DNA of 32,444 nucleotides from a virus (IMGVR_UViG_3300034521_000394:1-32444); one strand, 5' to 3'; positions 18,992-28,198 are shown, numbered from the stretch's first letter. Notes: a model not told the origin generated them from the sequence alone. Numbers and translations: made by a program.

Positions 18992-19019
18992 AAGACACTT
19001 CTGATGAGGTGTCTTTTTT
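18992..19019 (+). terminator. Intrinsic terminator
   Basis: AAGACACTTC-TGAT-GAGGTGTCTT plus TTTT. Confidence 0.8.
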
Positions 19020-19043
19020 CATGCCCCAAAGGAGGTGAACGCT

Positions 19044-21314
19044 ATGTCGGACTTCGGCCTGAAAATAGGTGTTGAGGGTGAAAAAGAATTTAAGAACTCT
19101 CTTCGAGATATCAATCAAACATTCAAGGTGCTGGGTTCTGAAATGAATCTGGTTACTTCACAGTTTGATAAGCAAGATAAATCCATCAAGGCTATAACAG
19201 CAAGAAATGAAGTCTTAAATAAAGAGATTGACGCTCAGAAAAACAAAGTATCCACCCTTGAAGCTGCACTGAAAAATGCTGCGGAGTCCTTTGGGGAGAA
19301 TGACAAGCGAACAAAAGCCTGGCAGATCCAGCTAAACAATGCAAATGCGGACCTAAACAAAATGGAAAAAGAGCTGGATGATAACAACAAGGCTCTTGAT
19401 GCAGCCAGTGATGGGTTTGATGATGCTGGTAAAGAAGCGGACAGGTTTGGGGATGAAATCAAAGACTCTGCAAAAGTGGCAGATGATTCCGGTGGTAAGT
19501 TTGAGAAGCTAGGTTCCGTTATGAAAGGTGTGGCTGCGGGGATTGGCGTTGGCATGGCAGCCATTGGAACTGCAGCAGTAACAGCGGGTAAAAAGCTCTT
19601 TGATATGGCTAATGATGCTGCGGCTGCAGGGGATGAGATCGATAAGGCCAGCCAAAGGATTGGTCTTTCCAGGCAAGGTTATCAAGAGTGGGACTATGTC
19701 CTTTCCCAAAACGGTGCCAGCATCTCATCCTTAGAAAACGGAATGAAGAAGCTTAACAACACCGTGGACGATGCCATCAACGGTAGTTCCTCAGCCACAG
19801 AAAAATTTCAGCGACTAGGGATTTCAATGGCCGACCTTGAGGGCAAATCCAGAGAAGAAGTCTTTGAGATGACCATTAAAGGTCTACAAGGCATCTCTGA
19901 TGAAGGTGAAAAAGCGGCCATTGCCAATGACCTACTGGGAACATCCTCAGTTGAGCTTGGTGCACTTTTGAATCAAACTGCTGAAAGCACCGATGCTCTA
20001 AAAAACAAAGCAAGTGAGCTCGGGCTAGTCATGAGTGATGAATCTGTGGATGCTGCGGTGAACTACACAGACGCCATGGACAATCTCACCCGCTCCTTTG
20101 CCGGGGTGAAAAACAACATCACCTCACAGCTCCTCCCTGGCTTTACCATGATTCTAGATGGTTTGACGGGCCTTATCACTGGTCAAGAAGGAGCTGCTGA
20201 GCAGTTAAAAGAAGGAGCTAGGCAGACGGTTGAACAGATTGCTGTCATCCTTCCTCAAATTCTGGATGTGGTTACTGGACTTATTGCGGCCATTGCAGAA
20301 GTTGCACCTGATTTGATTCTCGCTCTTGTCAGTGGGATTTTAGATAATCTTCCCACACTTATTGAAGCGGCAACCAATATCATCATGACCATTGTAGGTG
20401 GCCTTATCGAAGCCTTACCTCAAATTACAGATGGTGCTTTGCAGCTTGTTCTAACATTGGTGGATGGGATTATTACCAATCTTCCTGCCCTGGTGGAAGC
20501 GGCGCTAGTGATGATTGTGACCCTTGCAACGGGCCTTGGAGATGCCCTACCAGAACTTATTCCTTCCATTGTAGAAGCAGTGATTCTGATCGCTACCACC
20601 TTAATCAATAATCTGGATTTGGTGCTAGATGCAGCATTTCAGATTATCAGCGGCTTGGCTATGGGACTTTTGAACTCACTACCAACTCTGATTCAATCAC
20701 TGCCTCAGATTATTAACAGCATCATTACCTTCATCACCAGTAATCTACCAAAGCTCATTGAAATGGGAGTTCAGCTAACGGTTCAATTGGCTGCAGGGCT
20801 TATTCGTGCTATCCCTCAATTGGTAGCACAGATTCCACAAATTATCACTGCGATAGTTGCAGGTTTAGGAAGAGCCATTCCAGCTATGATGGATGTTGGA
20901 AAGAATATCGCCAGAGGATTATGGGATGGAATTGCTTCGATGATAAGTTGGCTTAAGAATAAAGTCAGCGATATGGTGGGTGGTATCGTCAAAGGCGTCA
21001 AAGGGGTCCTTGGTATCCGATCGCCATCTAAAGTGTTCGCTGGCATTGGTGCCAATATGGGTGAAGGTATTGGTGAAGGCTTTGAAAAAGCCATGGGTGA
21101 TGTGGAAAAGGATATGCAGGGAGCTATCCCGACAGACTTTGACCTAGACCTAAACTCTCAAGTAACAGGAAGTCTCGGTGGATCAGAAGGAGCAGTCTTT
21201 GATGTAACCATACCTCTTACCATTGATGGCAACATACTCACCAGGGTTATTGCCCAGCTTCAGTGGAATCAGAATACCGTTACAGTTCGGAACCTTGGAG
21301 TGGCAGGAAATTAA
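19044..21314 (+). CDS. Tail tape measure protein
   Basis: FGLKIGVEGEKEFK start, long helical A/G/L-rich body with Pro-spaced repeats, GIRSPSKVF. Confidence 0.9.
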   Translation: MSDFGLKIGVEGEKEFKNSLRDINQTFKVLGSEMNLVTSQFDKQDKSIKAITARNEVLNKEIDAQKNKVSTLEAALKNAAESFGENDKRTKAWQIQLNNANADLNKMEKELDDNNKALDAASDGFDDAGKEADRFGDEIKDSAKVADDSGGKFEKLGSVMKGVAAGIGVGMAAIGTAAVTAGKKLFDMANDAAAAGDEIDKASQRIGLSRQGYQEWDYVLSQNGASISSLENGMKKLNNTVDDAINGSSSATEKFQRLGISMADLEGKSREEVFEMTIKGLQGISDEGEKAAIANDLLGTSSVELGALLNQTAESTDALKNKASELGLVMSDESVDAAVNYTDAMDNLTRSFAGVKNNITSQLLPGFTMILDGLTGLITGQEGAAEQLKEGARQTVEQIAVILPQILDVVTGLIAAIAEVAPDLILALVSGILDNLPTLIEAATNIIMTIVGGLIEALPQITDGALQLVLTLVDGIITNLPALVEAALVMIVTLATGLGDALPELIPSIVEAVILIATTLINNLDLVLDAAFQIISGLAMGLLNSLPTLIQSLPQIINSIITFITSNLPKLIEMGVQLTVQLAAGLIRAIPQLVAQIPQIITAIVAGLGRAIPAMMDVGKNIARGLWDGIASMISWLKNKVSDMVGGIVKGVKGVLGIRSPSKVFAGIGANMGEGIGEGFEKAMGDVEKDMQGAIPTDFDLDLNSQVTGSLGGSEGAVFDVTIPLTIDGNILTRVIAQLQWNQNTVTVRNLGVAGN

Positions 21315-21332
21315 TAGAGAGGAGGGAGACTC

Positions 21333-22460
21333 TTGATTGAAATTTACGCAGGAACAACATTGATCCAATCCATTAAGAAAGTTATAAGCTCAAACTTAAG
21401 AGAAACCTTGGAAGGGGAGTTTACGCTATCTTTTACTGTTATGGCGAAGTCTGCATTGGCTTTAAAAACAAAGCAAATTGCAAAACTGGGCAATCAGTAT
21501 TTTGAGTTGGTCCAAATCAGTAAATCAATTCAAGGGAGCCTTCCTGTCTGTTCTGTCCTTTGTGAACATGTCTCCTACCTTTTGAACCACGAAATGTATA
21601 ACATCACTGTCTTTGACTTCACTGGTGATCCTTCGGCAGGATTATCCCAGCTCCTTGCAGGCACTCCCTATTCAGCAGGGATTGTAGATTTTACAGAGAG
21701 CGTCACGATGAAAATCAACCAGAAGGTTTCAAGGCGAGCTGCCCTTATGCAGTTCATTGCTATTTTGGGTGGTGAAATCCAGTACGATGGCTATAGCATA
21801 AATATTCGTAGCCATAGAGGCTCCAATGATTATATCCCTGTGATGGGTTCAAAGAATGTTACAAACGTGGCTGTATCCCATGATTCCAGGGAGAATGCAT
21901 CATCCTATGACATTTCCTTTTTCAAACTGATGGATTTGGCTGTAGGCGATAATGTGCACATCATCTTCAATCCATTAGGAATCAATGTGAAAACCAGGAT
22001 CATCTCACTTGAGTACAATCCATTTTACAGATTCAACATCCGCGTTGAGGTGGGAAGATACAGACCAAGTATTTCTGATACCTTCTATCGCATCGAAAAT
22101 TCTATTTCTAATGTTGGAAGCTCTGTGGATGATCTTCAAAACCAGGTCTATGACTTAGGTGTCTCCTACACCATTGTAAAAACGCTGTCGGTGGTTAATA
22201 ACAAAATCAATGTGACCTATGAAGTGGAAAAAGGTGATACCCATCAGTATCATGCCGAGTACAGCTTCACCACAGATTCCAGTGGCAGGATCACCAGCAT
22301 TGCCTTAGAAGATATTTTCTCAGAGCTTCTCCTTAAAGAGGTTACTTCGCTTCTGATTGATGCTGCAGCCTTTGAAGTAACCTATGCCGATGGCTCAACT
22401 GGAAGCTATGCCTACTCCACTGATTCCAGTGGAAGAATCACAGCCATTGAGAAAGTTTAA
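21333..22460 (+). CDS. Tail tip / Tal-like protein
   Basis: Follows the tape measure gene; ETLEGEFTLSF, CEHVSYLL, GGEIQYD, GSKNV; duplicated TDSSGRIT tail. Confidence 0.65.
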   Translation: MIEIYAGTTLIQSIKKVISSNLRETLEGEFTLSFTVMAKSALALKTKQIAKLGNQYFELVQISKSIQGSLPVCSVLCEHVSYLLNHEMYNITVFDFTGDPSAGLSQLLAGTPYSAGIVDFTESVTMKINQKVSRRAALMQFIAILGGEIQYDGYSINIRSHRGSNDYIPVMGSKNVTNVAVSHDSRENASSYDISFFKLMDLAVGDNVHIIFNPLGINVKTRIISLEYNPFYRFNIRVEVGRYRPSISDTFYRIENSISNVGSSVDDLQNQVYDLGVSYTIVKTLSVVNNKINVTYEVEKGDTHQYHAEYSFTTDSSGRITSIALEDIFSELLLKEVTSLLIDAAAFEVTYADGSTGSYAYSTDSSGRITAIEKV

Positions 22461-22471
22461 GGAGGAAACCC

Positions 22472-23545
22472 ATGAGCTATGATCGTAACTTTAATAACAC
22501 CTTGGCCATCTGGACAGCTTTTGGTGGCAGGGGCAGCATAGTACTTCCTATTCCTACCTTAAGCTGGACCAAGAAGTACTATAACAATTTTGGCTACACC
22601 CAATACGGCAGTGAAAGACAGATTAATGTCTATGATAACGGAAACGCTCAGATAGCTGTTTATTACGCCAAAACCCCATACATGTCCTACTGGAACAAGA
22701 CTACTAAACAATGGACCGTTGTCAGTGTTCCTTGGTGGAGTCATGGACAGCCAGAAATTCTTTATGCTGCAGATGGTGTCTTTATCGCAAAGATCGTGGG
22801 CCTCGCTAATATCATCGCATCCTTTGATGGTATTACCTGGCATAACGCTGGGTACTGTGCCGGAGCGCAAAACGCTATGACCTGTGGTGCTTATGATATG
22901 GACCGAGGCTCTGGTGTGGTCAGCTGGTGGTACTACAAGTCACCGGTTTACTACAGCTTTGATTCACTGACAGAAAGAACTGCCTGGACACTGGTAGGCT
23001 CTGATGGAACCTCTGTCCCCATCTTTAAATACCTAACCAAGCATAAAGGAAACTTTGTCGGAGTGGTTGGTGGTGATAAGTCCATCGCCAGAGCTAGCAC
23101 TTCAAGTCCTGGAAGCTGGGTAACCACCATTCCTGAAGATGTGAATGATACTCGGTACATGTTCATTCGCTCTATCAATGGTGTGCTCTTTGTCATGAAG
23201 TTTAACTACACCAATGTGGGCGGCACTTACACCTACTATGTGAAGCTCTGCGTGATGAACGATAATGCCACAGAAATTACCGAAACCAATCTCTCCTGGG
23301 TAGGGGATCTGGCCAATAACAATATCCCCAATCCAAGGAATATCATGTGGATGCCCGACTGGGGTAAGTTCGCGCTTCTAAAAGAGAGCAGTCTTTGCGT
23401 ATCCTCTGATGGGATTACCTGGGAATGCTTGCATCAGCCAGGGTTCACAACGACTCAATACGATACCTTTGACGGTGCTATGTACATTCCCGGAGACGGG
23501 TTCTATGCCAAAGCCAGCGGCTATGTTTACTATGCACCCTACTAA
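22472..23545 (+). CDS. Aromatic-rich beta-rich protein, candidate receptor-binding protein
   Basis: W/Y-rich; Asp-box-like SFDGITW and SSDGITW; last gene of the tail block. Confidence 0.55.
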   Translation: MSYDRNFNNTLAIWTAFGGRGSIVLPIPTLSWTKKYYNNFGYTQYGSERQINVYDNGNAQIAVYYAKTPYMSYWNKTTKQWTVVSVPWWSHGQPEILYAADGVFIAKIVGLANIIASFDGITWHNAGYCAGAQNAMTCGAYDMDRGSGVVSWWYYKSPVYYSFDSLTERTAWTLVGSDGTSVPIFKYLTKHKGNFVGVVGGDKSIARASTSSPGSWVTTIPEDVNDTRYMFIRSINGVLFVMKFNYTNVGGTYTYYVKLCVMNDNATEITETNLSWVGDLANNNIPNPRNIMWMPDWGKFALLKESSLCVSSDGITWECLHQPGFTTTQYDTFDGAMYIPGDGFYAKASGYVYYAPY

Positions 23546-23570
23546 TGGAAGCCTATTACTATCAGATTAT

Positions 23571-23594
23571 GACGCCTTTAGCCGGGCGTCTTTT
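23571..23594 (+). terminator. Intrinsic terminator
   Basis: GACGCCT/GGGCGTC plus TTTT. Confidence 0.7.
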
Positions 23595-23628
23595 AATATA
23601 TAAATCTACATGAAAGCGAGGAAAAACA

Positions 23629-24045
23629 ATGAGAGATATTTGGACTTTTATTCAACTGGCTATTGCTGGCCTTGGCGGTTGGCTTGGCTGGTTTCTCGGA
23701 GGTTACGATGGATTTTTATATGCCCTGATTGCCTTTGTTGTCATTGATTATCTGCTTGGTGTCATGTGCGCCATTATCGAGAAGCATTTATCCAGTGACG
23801 TGGGTGCTCGGGGCATTTTCAAGAAAGTCGTTATTTTTTCATTGGTAGGCATTGCCCACATAATTGATCAGAACATCATCGGTGATGGCGGTGTAATCAG
23901 AACAGCAGTGATCTTCTTCTACCTATCCAATGAAGGAATCAGCATTATTGAAAATGCCACAAGACTAGGGCTGCCTATTCCAGAAAAGCTCCGCGATGTT
24001 TTGGAACAACTTAAAGACGGTGGAGATAAAGATGGAACAAAGTAA
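23629..24045 (+). CDS. Holin (toxin secretion/phage lysis holin family)
   Basis: Transmembrane segments, IDYLLG, GIFKK, NEGISIIEN...GLPIP. Confidence 0.92.
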   Translation: MRDIWTFIQLAIAGLGGWLGWFLGGYDGFLYALIAFVVIDYLLGVMCAIIEKHLSSDVGARGIFKKVVIFSLVGIAHIIDQNIIGDGGVIRTAVIFFYLSNEGISIIENATRLGLPIPEKLRDVLEQLKDGGDKDGTK

Positions 24046-24101
24046 TAAATGATTTTGCCATTTGAGCATTCTTTGCATATGTAAGTTATGGAGGTGTTCA
24101 A

Positions 24102-24284
24102 ATGGTATTTATTCATTGTAGCTATTGCGAAGAACCATTATGCGTTATCAATTACAACTTACTACTCAGTGACATAATGGTGATCAGGAACTATCAAGAG
24201 GAATGTCCATGCTGCCACAAAACTCTAGACTTCTATTGGCATGAAAACAGCGATCAGATTTTTGATGAAGGAAAACTGGATTAG
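24102..24284 (+). CDS. Small zinc-ribbon-like protein 1 (moron)
   Basis: GGAGGTG RBS; CSYC...CPCC; 60 aa. Confidence 0.65.
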   Translation: MVFIHCSYCEEPLCVINYNLLLSDIMVIRNYQEECPCCHKTLDFYWHENSDQIFDEGKLD

Positions 24285-24333
24285 CTGTATAAAATGTCAT
24301 CCCCTTCGCATAATGCTTTTGGAGGGGATGAAA

Positions 24334-24510
24334 GTGACCAGAATTAAATGCCATTGTGGTGCGACGTTAATCTTAGTGAAGTATTTAATGCACTTAGAAG
24401 GGAGTTTAACATTTAGAGATTATTATGGCACATGTCCGGTTTGCGGGAAAGAAAATGAGACAAGAGATTTAAATGAAGACGACATAACTGATCAAGAATA
24501 CCTATTCTAG
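24334..24510 (+). CDS. Small zinc-ribbon-like protein 2 (moron)
   Basis: GTG start 6 nt after GGAGGGG (ATG 24328 alternative); CHC...CPVC. Confidence 0.65.
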   Translation: MTRIKCHCGATLILVKYLMHLEGSLTFRDYYGTCPVCGKENETRDLNEDDITDQEYLF

Positions 24511-24513
24511 TAG

Positions 24514-24548
24514 AAGCGTCATAGGCCAAGCCTGTGGCGTTTTTATTT
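24514..24548 (+). terminator. Intrinsic terminator
   Basis: AAGCGTCATAGGC-CAA-GCCTGTGGCGTTT plus T-rich tail. Confidence 0.8.
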
Positions 24549-24585
24549 ATCTATAGATTGCAACAAATCGTAGGAGGGAAAATCT

Positions 24586-25284
24586 ATGAACCTAAAAAAA
24601 CTAATCTTTACAGAAAATGAATGCTATAAAGCAGGTAGGAAAATCAAGCCCAAAGGCATCATGGTCCATAGTACGGGGGCCAATAACCCCTATCTTCGCA
24701 GATACGTTGGACCAGATGATGGCCTCCTGGGGGAGAATCAGTACAACAACCATTGGAACCAGCATAGACCCAGTGGGAGGCAAGTATGTGTCCATGCCTT
24801 TATTGGAAAACTTAAAAATGGGACCATCGCTACCTATCAGACCCTGCCTTGGGACCATAGAGGCTGGCATGCAGGAGGCGCTGCTAATAATACGCATATC
24901 AGTTTTGAAATCTGCGAGGACGGTTTGACCGATGCCTCGTATTTCAATACAGTTTATAAAGAAGCCACGGAACTTTGTGCGCACCTTTGTAAACTCTATG
25001 ACCTGACAGAGAAAGACATCATTGGCCACTATGAAGGCTATCAGAAGAAAATCGCCAGCAATCACGGAGATCCTCAGCACTGGTTTTCTAGGCACGGTAA
25101 GAGTATGGATACTTTCAGGGCTGACGTTAGAAGGCTGCTGACACCCCCTTCTCCTTCCACTGTCCCGCCACAGAAGCTTTACAGGGTCCAGGTCGGGGCT
25201 TACAGCGTTAAGTCCAATGCTGATGCTATGCTGGCCAGAGTAAAAGCTGCTGGCTTTGCTGATGCCTTTATCAAAATTGAATAA
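24586..25284 (+). CDS. Endolysin: N-acetylmuramoyl-L-alanine amidase (Amidase_2) plus SPOR-like domain
   Basis: IMVHST, GWHAG, FEICE, IIGH, HGDP; C-terminal LYRVQVGAYS...GFADAFI. Confidence 0.92.
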   Translation: MNLKKLIFTENECYKAGRKIKPKGIMVHSTGANNPYLRRYVGPDDGLLGENQYNNHWNQHRPSGRQVCVHAFIGKLKNGTIATYQTLPWDHRGWHAGGAANNTHISFEICEDGLTDASYFNTVYKEATELCAHLCKLYDLTEKDIIGHYEGYQKKIASNHGDPQHWFSRHGKSMDTFRADVRRLLTPPSPSTVPPQKLYRVQVGAYSVKSNADAMLARVKAAGFADAFIKIE

Positions 25285-25293
25285 GTAAGCAAC

Positions 25294-25335
25294 ATGCCCT
25301 TGGAGGTTTAAAACTTCTGAGGGCATTATTTTTTT
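25294..25335 (+). terminator. Strong intrinsic terminator ending the lysis module
   Basis: ATGCCCTTGGAGGT / ACTTCTGAGGGCAT plus TATTTTTTT. Confidence 0.85.
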
Positions 25336-25345
25336 CCCAAAAGCG

Positions 25346-25384
25346 TCAGATTTCCATCCCTCCCATGGCTACCAGATAGAGGGG
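25346..25384 (+). promoter_or_regulatory. Repeated promoter-like motif B, copy 1
   Basis: TCAGATTTC-N11-TGGCTACCAG, also at 30144. Confidence 0.65.
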
Positions 25385-25419
25385 AACAAATAATGACCCT
25401 TCAGAAAGAGGTGAAGGAT

Positions 25420-25638
25420 ATGAAACACAACTTGAAGATCAGTGTTTCAAAAATGCCACAGACAGGCGGAATCGTTACTTGCCGTAATGTCACCGTAAGG
25501 GAGCGCATTCTACGTTTCCTCCTTGGAGATAAACAGCGTGTAACGATTCTTATTCCGGGAGATAGCGTCCAGGAACTTGCTATCTGTGAGACTACGAAAG
25601 GAGGAAATGAACTTGAGCAAAGTAAAGTTACTGCTTGA
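25420..25638 (+). CDS. Phage hypothetical protein
   Basis: ATG 25420 after GAGGTG (25393 alternative). Confidence 0.65.
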   Translation: MKHNLKISVSKMPQTGGIVTCRNVTVRERILRFLLGDKQRVTILIPGDSVQELAICETTKGGNELEQSKVTA

Positions 25639-25930
25639 TGTGGTAAGCGATATGCGAAGCCTTGCAGACAGCATAGAAGTAGTTTGTAAGGCAATGACAG
25701 AAAATAATTCTGCAACAGAAGAAGTACCTGCCACAAAGACAGAAACAACTAAAGAGCTGGAGATCCCACTTGAAAAAGTGCGTATGGTCCTTGCTGAAAA
25801 AAGCCAGCTTGGTTTTACTGCGCAGGTGCGAGAGATTATCGGGAAGTATGGCGCTGATAAGCTTAGTGCTGTTGACAAGGTCTACTATGCTGACATCTTG
25901 AAAGATGCGGAGGTTCTTGGCAATGGGTAA
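25613..25930 (+). CDS. Phage hypothetical protein of the polymerase module
   Basis: TTG after AAAGGAGG; LEKVR.VLAEKS..G....V...I.KYGADKLS motif. Confidence 0.7.
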   Translation: MSKVKLLLDVVSDMRSLADSIEVVCKAMTENNSATEEVPATKTETTKELEIPLEKVRMVLAEKSQLGFTAQVREIIGKYGADKLSAVDKVYYADILKDAEVLGNG

Positions 25931-27059
25931 TCACGCAATACTATCTGCATCTTCATCCCACAGATGGCTCCATTGCTTGCCATCTGCAAGGCTTGAGCTT
26001 GAGTTTGAAAACACCAGCGGAGAGGCGGCAAAAGCCGGTACTGCAGCACATGAACTCTCAGAACACAAACTGAAAAAAGCACTCCACATCAGAAGTAAGA
26101 GGCCCGTTTCAGAGTATGATTCAGATGAAATGGAAGAATGCACAGACGACTACGTTGCTTTCATCATGGAGCAGGTAGAACTTGCAAGAAAGTCCTGTAC
26201 TGACCCTATCGTTCTAATTGAACAACGTCTTGACTTCTCTTGCTATGTGCCAGATGGATTTGGGACAGGAGACTGTGTAATCATCTCAGATGATAGGCTT
26301 CACATAGTGGATTTCAAATACGGAATTGGAGTCCTTGTGGACGCAGAAAACAATCCGCAGATGAAACTGTATGCATTAGGGGCTCTTGAAATCTATGACA
26401 GTCTCTACGACATCAAAGAAGTATCAATGACAATATTTCAGCCGCGAAGAGAAAACGTCAGCACCTGGACTGTTCCGGTAGAAGAACTTAAAGCCTGGGC
26501 AGAAGAAGAACTAAAACCTAAGGCAGCAAAAGCCTATCAAGGAGAAGGTGAATATATCCCTGGTCCGTGGTGTACTTTCTGCAGAGCATCTATAAGATGC
26601 CGTGCAAGGGCTGATGAAAAGCTCAAACTGGCTCAGAAGGAGTTTAAGATGCCACCACTGCTTACGGATAGCGAGATTGAGGAAATTCTAAACATTATTC
26701 CTGATCTCACAAAGTGGGCGGGTGAAATAACTGCTTATGCCACAGATGCAGCAGTTAACCACGGTAAAGAGTGGCGTGGCTTTAAAGTTGTGGAAGGTCG
26801 CTCGGTTCGCAAATACAAAGATGAAGATGCTGTAGCAGAAAGAGCTGTAGTAAGCGGATATAAGGATATTTACCGTAAGAGCCTTATTCCTTTGACCGAG
26901 ATGCAAAAACTGATGGGCAAAACCAAATTTGAGGAAATCTTAGGAAGCCTCATAGTAAAACCACCAGGCAAGCCAACGCTTGTTCCTAAAACAGATAAAA
27001 GAGTTGCTATGAACGTAACGAATGCAAAAAACGAATTTAACGAAATTATGGAGGATTGA
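25923..27059 (+). CDS. DUF2800-like Cas4/PD-(D/E)XK nuclease
   Basis: LSASSSHRWLHC, GTAAH, EQRL, GTGDC, IVDFKYG, QMKLYA, WCTFC.....C. Confidence 0.85.
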   Translation: MGNHAILSASSSHRWLHCLPSARLELEFENTSGEAAKAGTAAHELSEHKLKKALHIRSKRPVSEYDSDEMEECTDDYVAFIMEQVELARKSCTDPIVLIEQRLDFSCYVPDGFGTGDCVIISDDRLHIVDFKYGIGVLVDAENNPQMKLYALGALEIYDSLYDIKEVSMTIFQPRRENVSTWTVPVEELKAWAEEELKPKAAKAYQGEGEYIPGPWCTFCRASIRCRARADEKLKLAQKEFKMPPLLTDSEIEEILNIIPDLTKWAGEITAYATDAAVNHGKEWRGFKVVEGRSVRKYKDEDAVAERAVVSGYKDIYRKSLIPLTEMQKLMGKTKFEEILGSLIVKPPGKPTLVPKTDKRVAMNVTNAKNEFNEIMED

Positions 27060-27064
27060 TCATT

Positions 27065-27616
27065 ATGAAAAACAATACGAATAGAACTAAGGTTATTACA
27101 GGTGTAAATACAAGACTCTCTTACTTCCACGGATGGGAGCCTGTTTCCGTGAATGGTGGTGCTGAAAAGTACAGTGTATCTGTACTCATCCCAAAGGACG
27201 ATACAGAAACCATTAACGCAGTAAATGCTGCAATTGATGCCGCTATCGAGGAAGGTATCGCAAAGTTTGGTGGCAAGAAGCCTAATAAGGCCGCAATTAA
27301 GATTCCTCTGCGTGATGGGGATGTGGAGCGCGATGACGAGGCATATAAAGGACATTACTTCATCAATGCCAACAGCAAAACGCCTCCACAGATTGTGGAC
27401 AAGAATGTAAAGCCAATCATAGATCGTGGTGAGGTATACAGCGGCTGCTTTGCAAGGGTTTCTCTCAATTTCTTTGCCTTCAACTCAAATGGAAATAAGG
27501 GTGTTGCTTGCGGACTTGGCAACATTCAAAAAATTAAAGATGGTGAGCCTCTTGGTGGTAAGACTTCTGCAGCAGACGATTTCACAACACTTGCAGACGA
27601 TGACTTCCTTGCTTAA
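27065..27616 (+). CDS. Single-stranded DNA-binding protein (DUF2815, T7 gp2.5-like)
   Basis: KYSVSVLIPK, PLRDGD, VYSGC, acidic DDDFLA tail. Confidence 0.85.
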   Translation: MKNNTNRTKVITGVNTRLSYFHGWEPVSVNGGAEKYSVSVLIPKDDTETINAVNAAIDAAIEEGIAKFGGKKPNKAAIKIPLRDGDVERDDEAYKGHYFINANSKTPPQIVDKNVKPIIDRGEVYSGCFARVSLNFFAFNSNGNKGVACGLGNIQKIKDGEPLGGKTSAADDFTTLADDDFLA

Positions 27617-27634
27617 TAGAAAAGGGCAATTGAC

Positions 27635-27669
27635 GGTGGTGGGGGTATTTCCTCTGCCACCTGCTTTTT
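27635..27669 (+). terminator. Terminator-like hairpin
   Basis: GGTGGTGGGGG / CCTCTGCCACC plus TGCTTTTT. Confidence 0.6.
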
Positions 27670-27688
27670 AGGAACGGAGGTGCATTGA

Positions 27689-28198
27689 ATGGATGAGATA
27701 TGGAAAGACATACCCGGATATGAGGGGAAGTACCAGGCAAGCAGTGAGGGCAGAATTAAGAGTCTTGAACGTATAATTCATAGTAGTAATCAAAATGGCG
27801 AGTTTGATTATTTATTAAAGGAAAGAATAATTCGACCCGGAAATCGAGGTAATTATCTAATGGTTGTCCTAAATGATCCAAGACAAACCTTTGCAGTTCA
27901 TCATTTGGTTATGGCTGCTTTTGTAGGCGAAAGGGATGGTATGTATGTGCTTCATGCAAATGGGGATCCCAAAGATAATCGCCTAATGAACCTTCGATAT
28001 GATACGCAGACTGAAAATGTTTATGATGTTTATCGCCAAGGCAAGGCATGGAAGAAACTTACCACGGATGATGTTGAAGGAATACGATTTGGATTATTCT
28101 GCGGGTTTACCTGCACTCGGCTTGGAGAGATGTATGGTGTGGGTCATCAGGCTATAAGCAAAATAAAGAATGGAGATAGATATGCATGGTTGAAATAA
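27689..28198 (+). CDS. NUMOD4-HNH homing endonuclease
   Basis: EIWKDIPGYEGKYQASSEGRIKS; VHHLV...VLHANGDPKDNRLMNL. Confidence 0.88.
   Translation: MDEIWKDIPGYEGKYQASSEGRIKSLERIIHSSNQNGEFDYLLKERIIRPGNRGNYLMVVLNDPRQTFAVHHLVMAAFVGERDGMYVLHANGDPKDNRLMNLRYDTQTENVYDVYRQGKAWKKLTTDDVEGIRFGLFCGFTCTRLGEMYGVGHQAISKIKNGDRYAWLK

Noticed and set aside
22255-22460. Possible DGR template/variable repeat pair in the tail gene
   Set aside because: Both copies are in frame within one CDS, differences are not confined to adenines, and no reverse transcriptase is present
24601-25326. 241-aa minus-strand ORF
   Set aside because: Antisense shadow of the endolysin
25923-27059. Cas4-like gene as a sign of CRISPR
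   Set aside because: No array or other cas genes; it sits in a replication/recombination block
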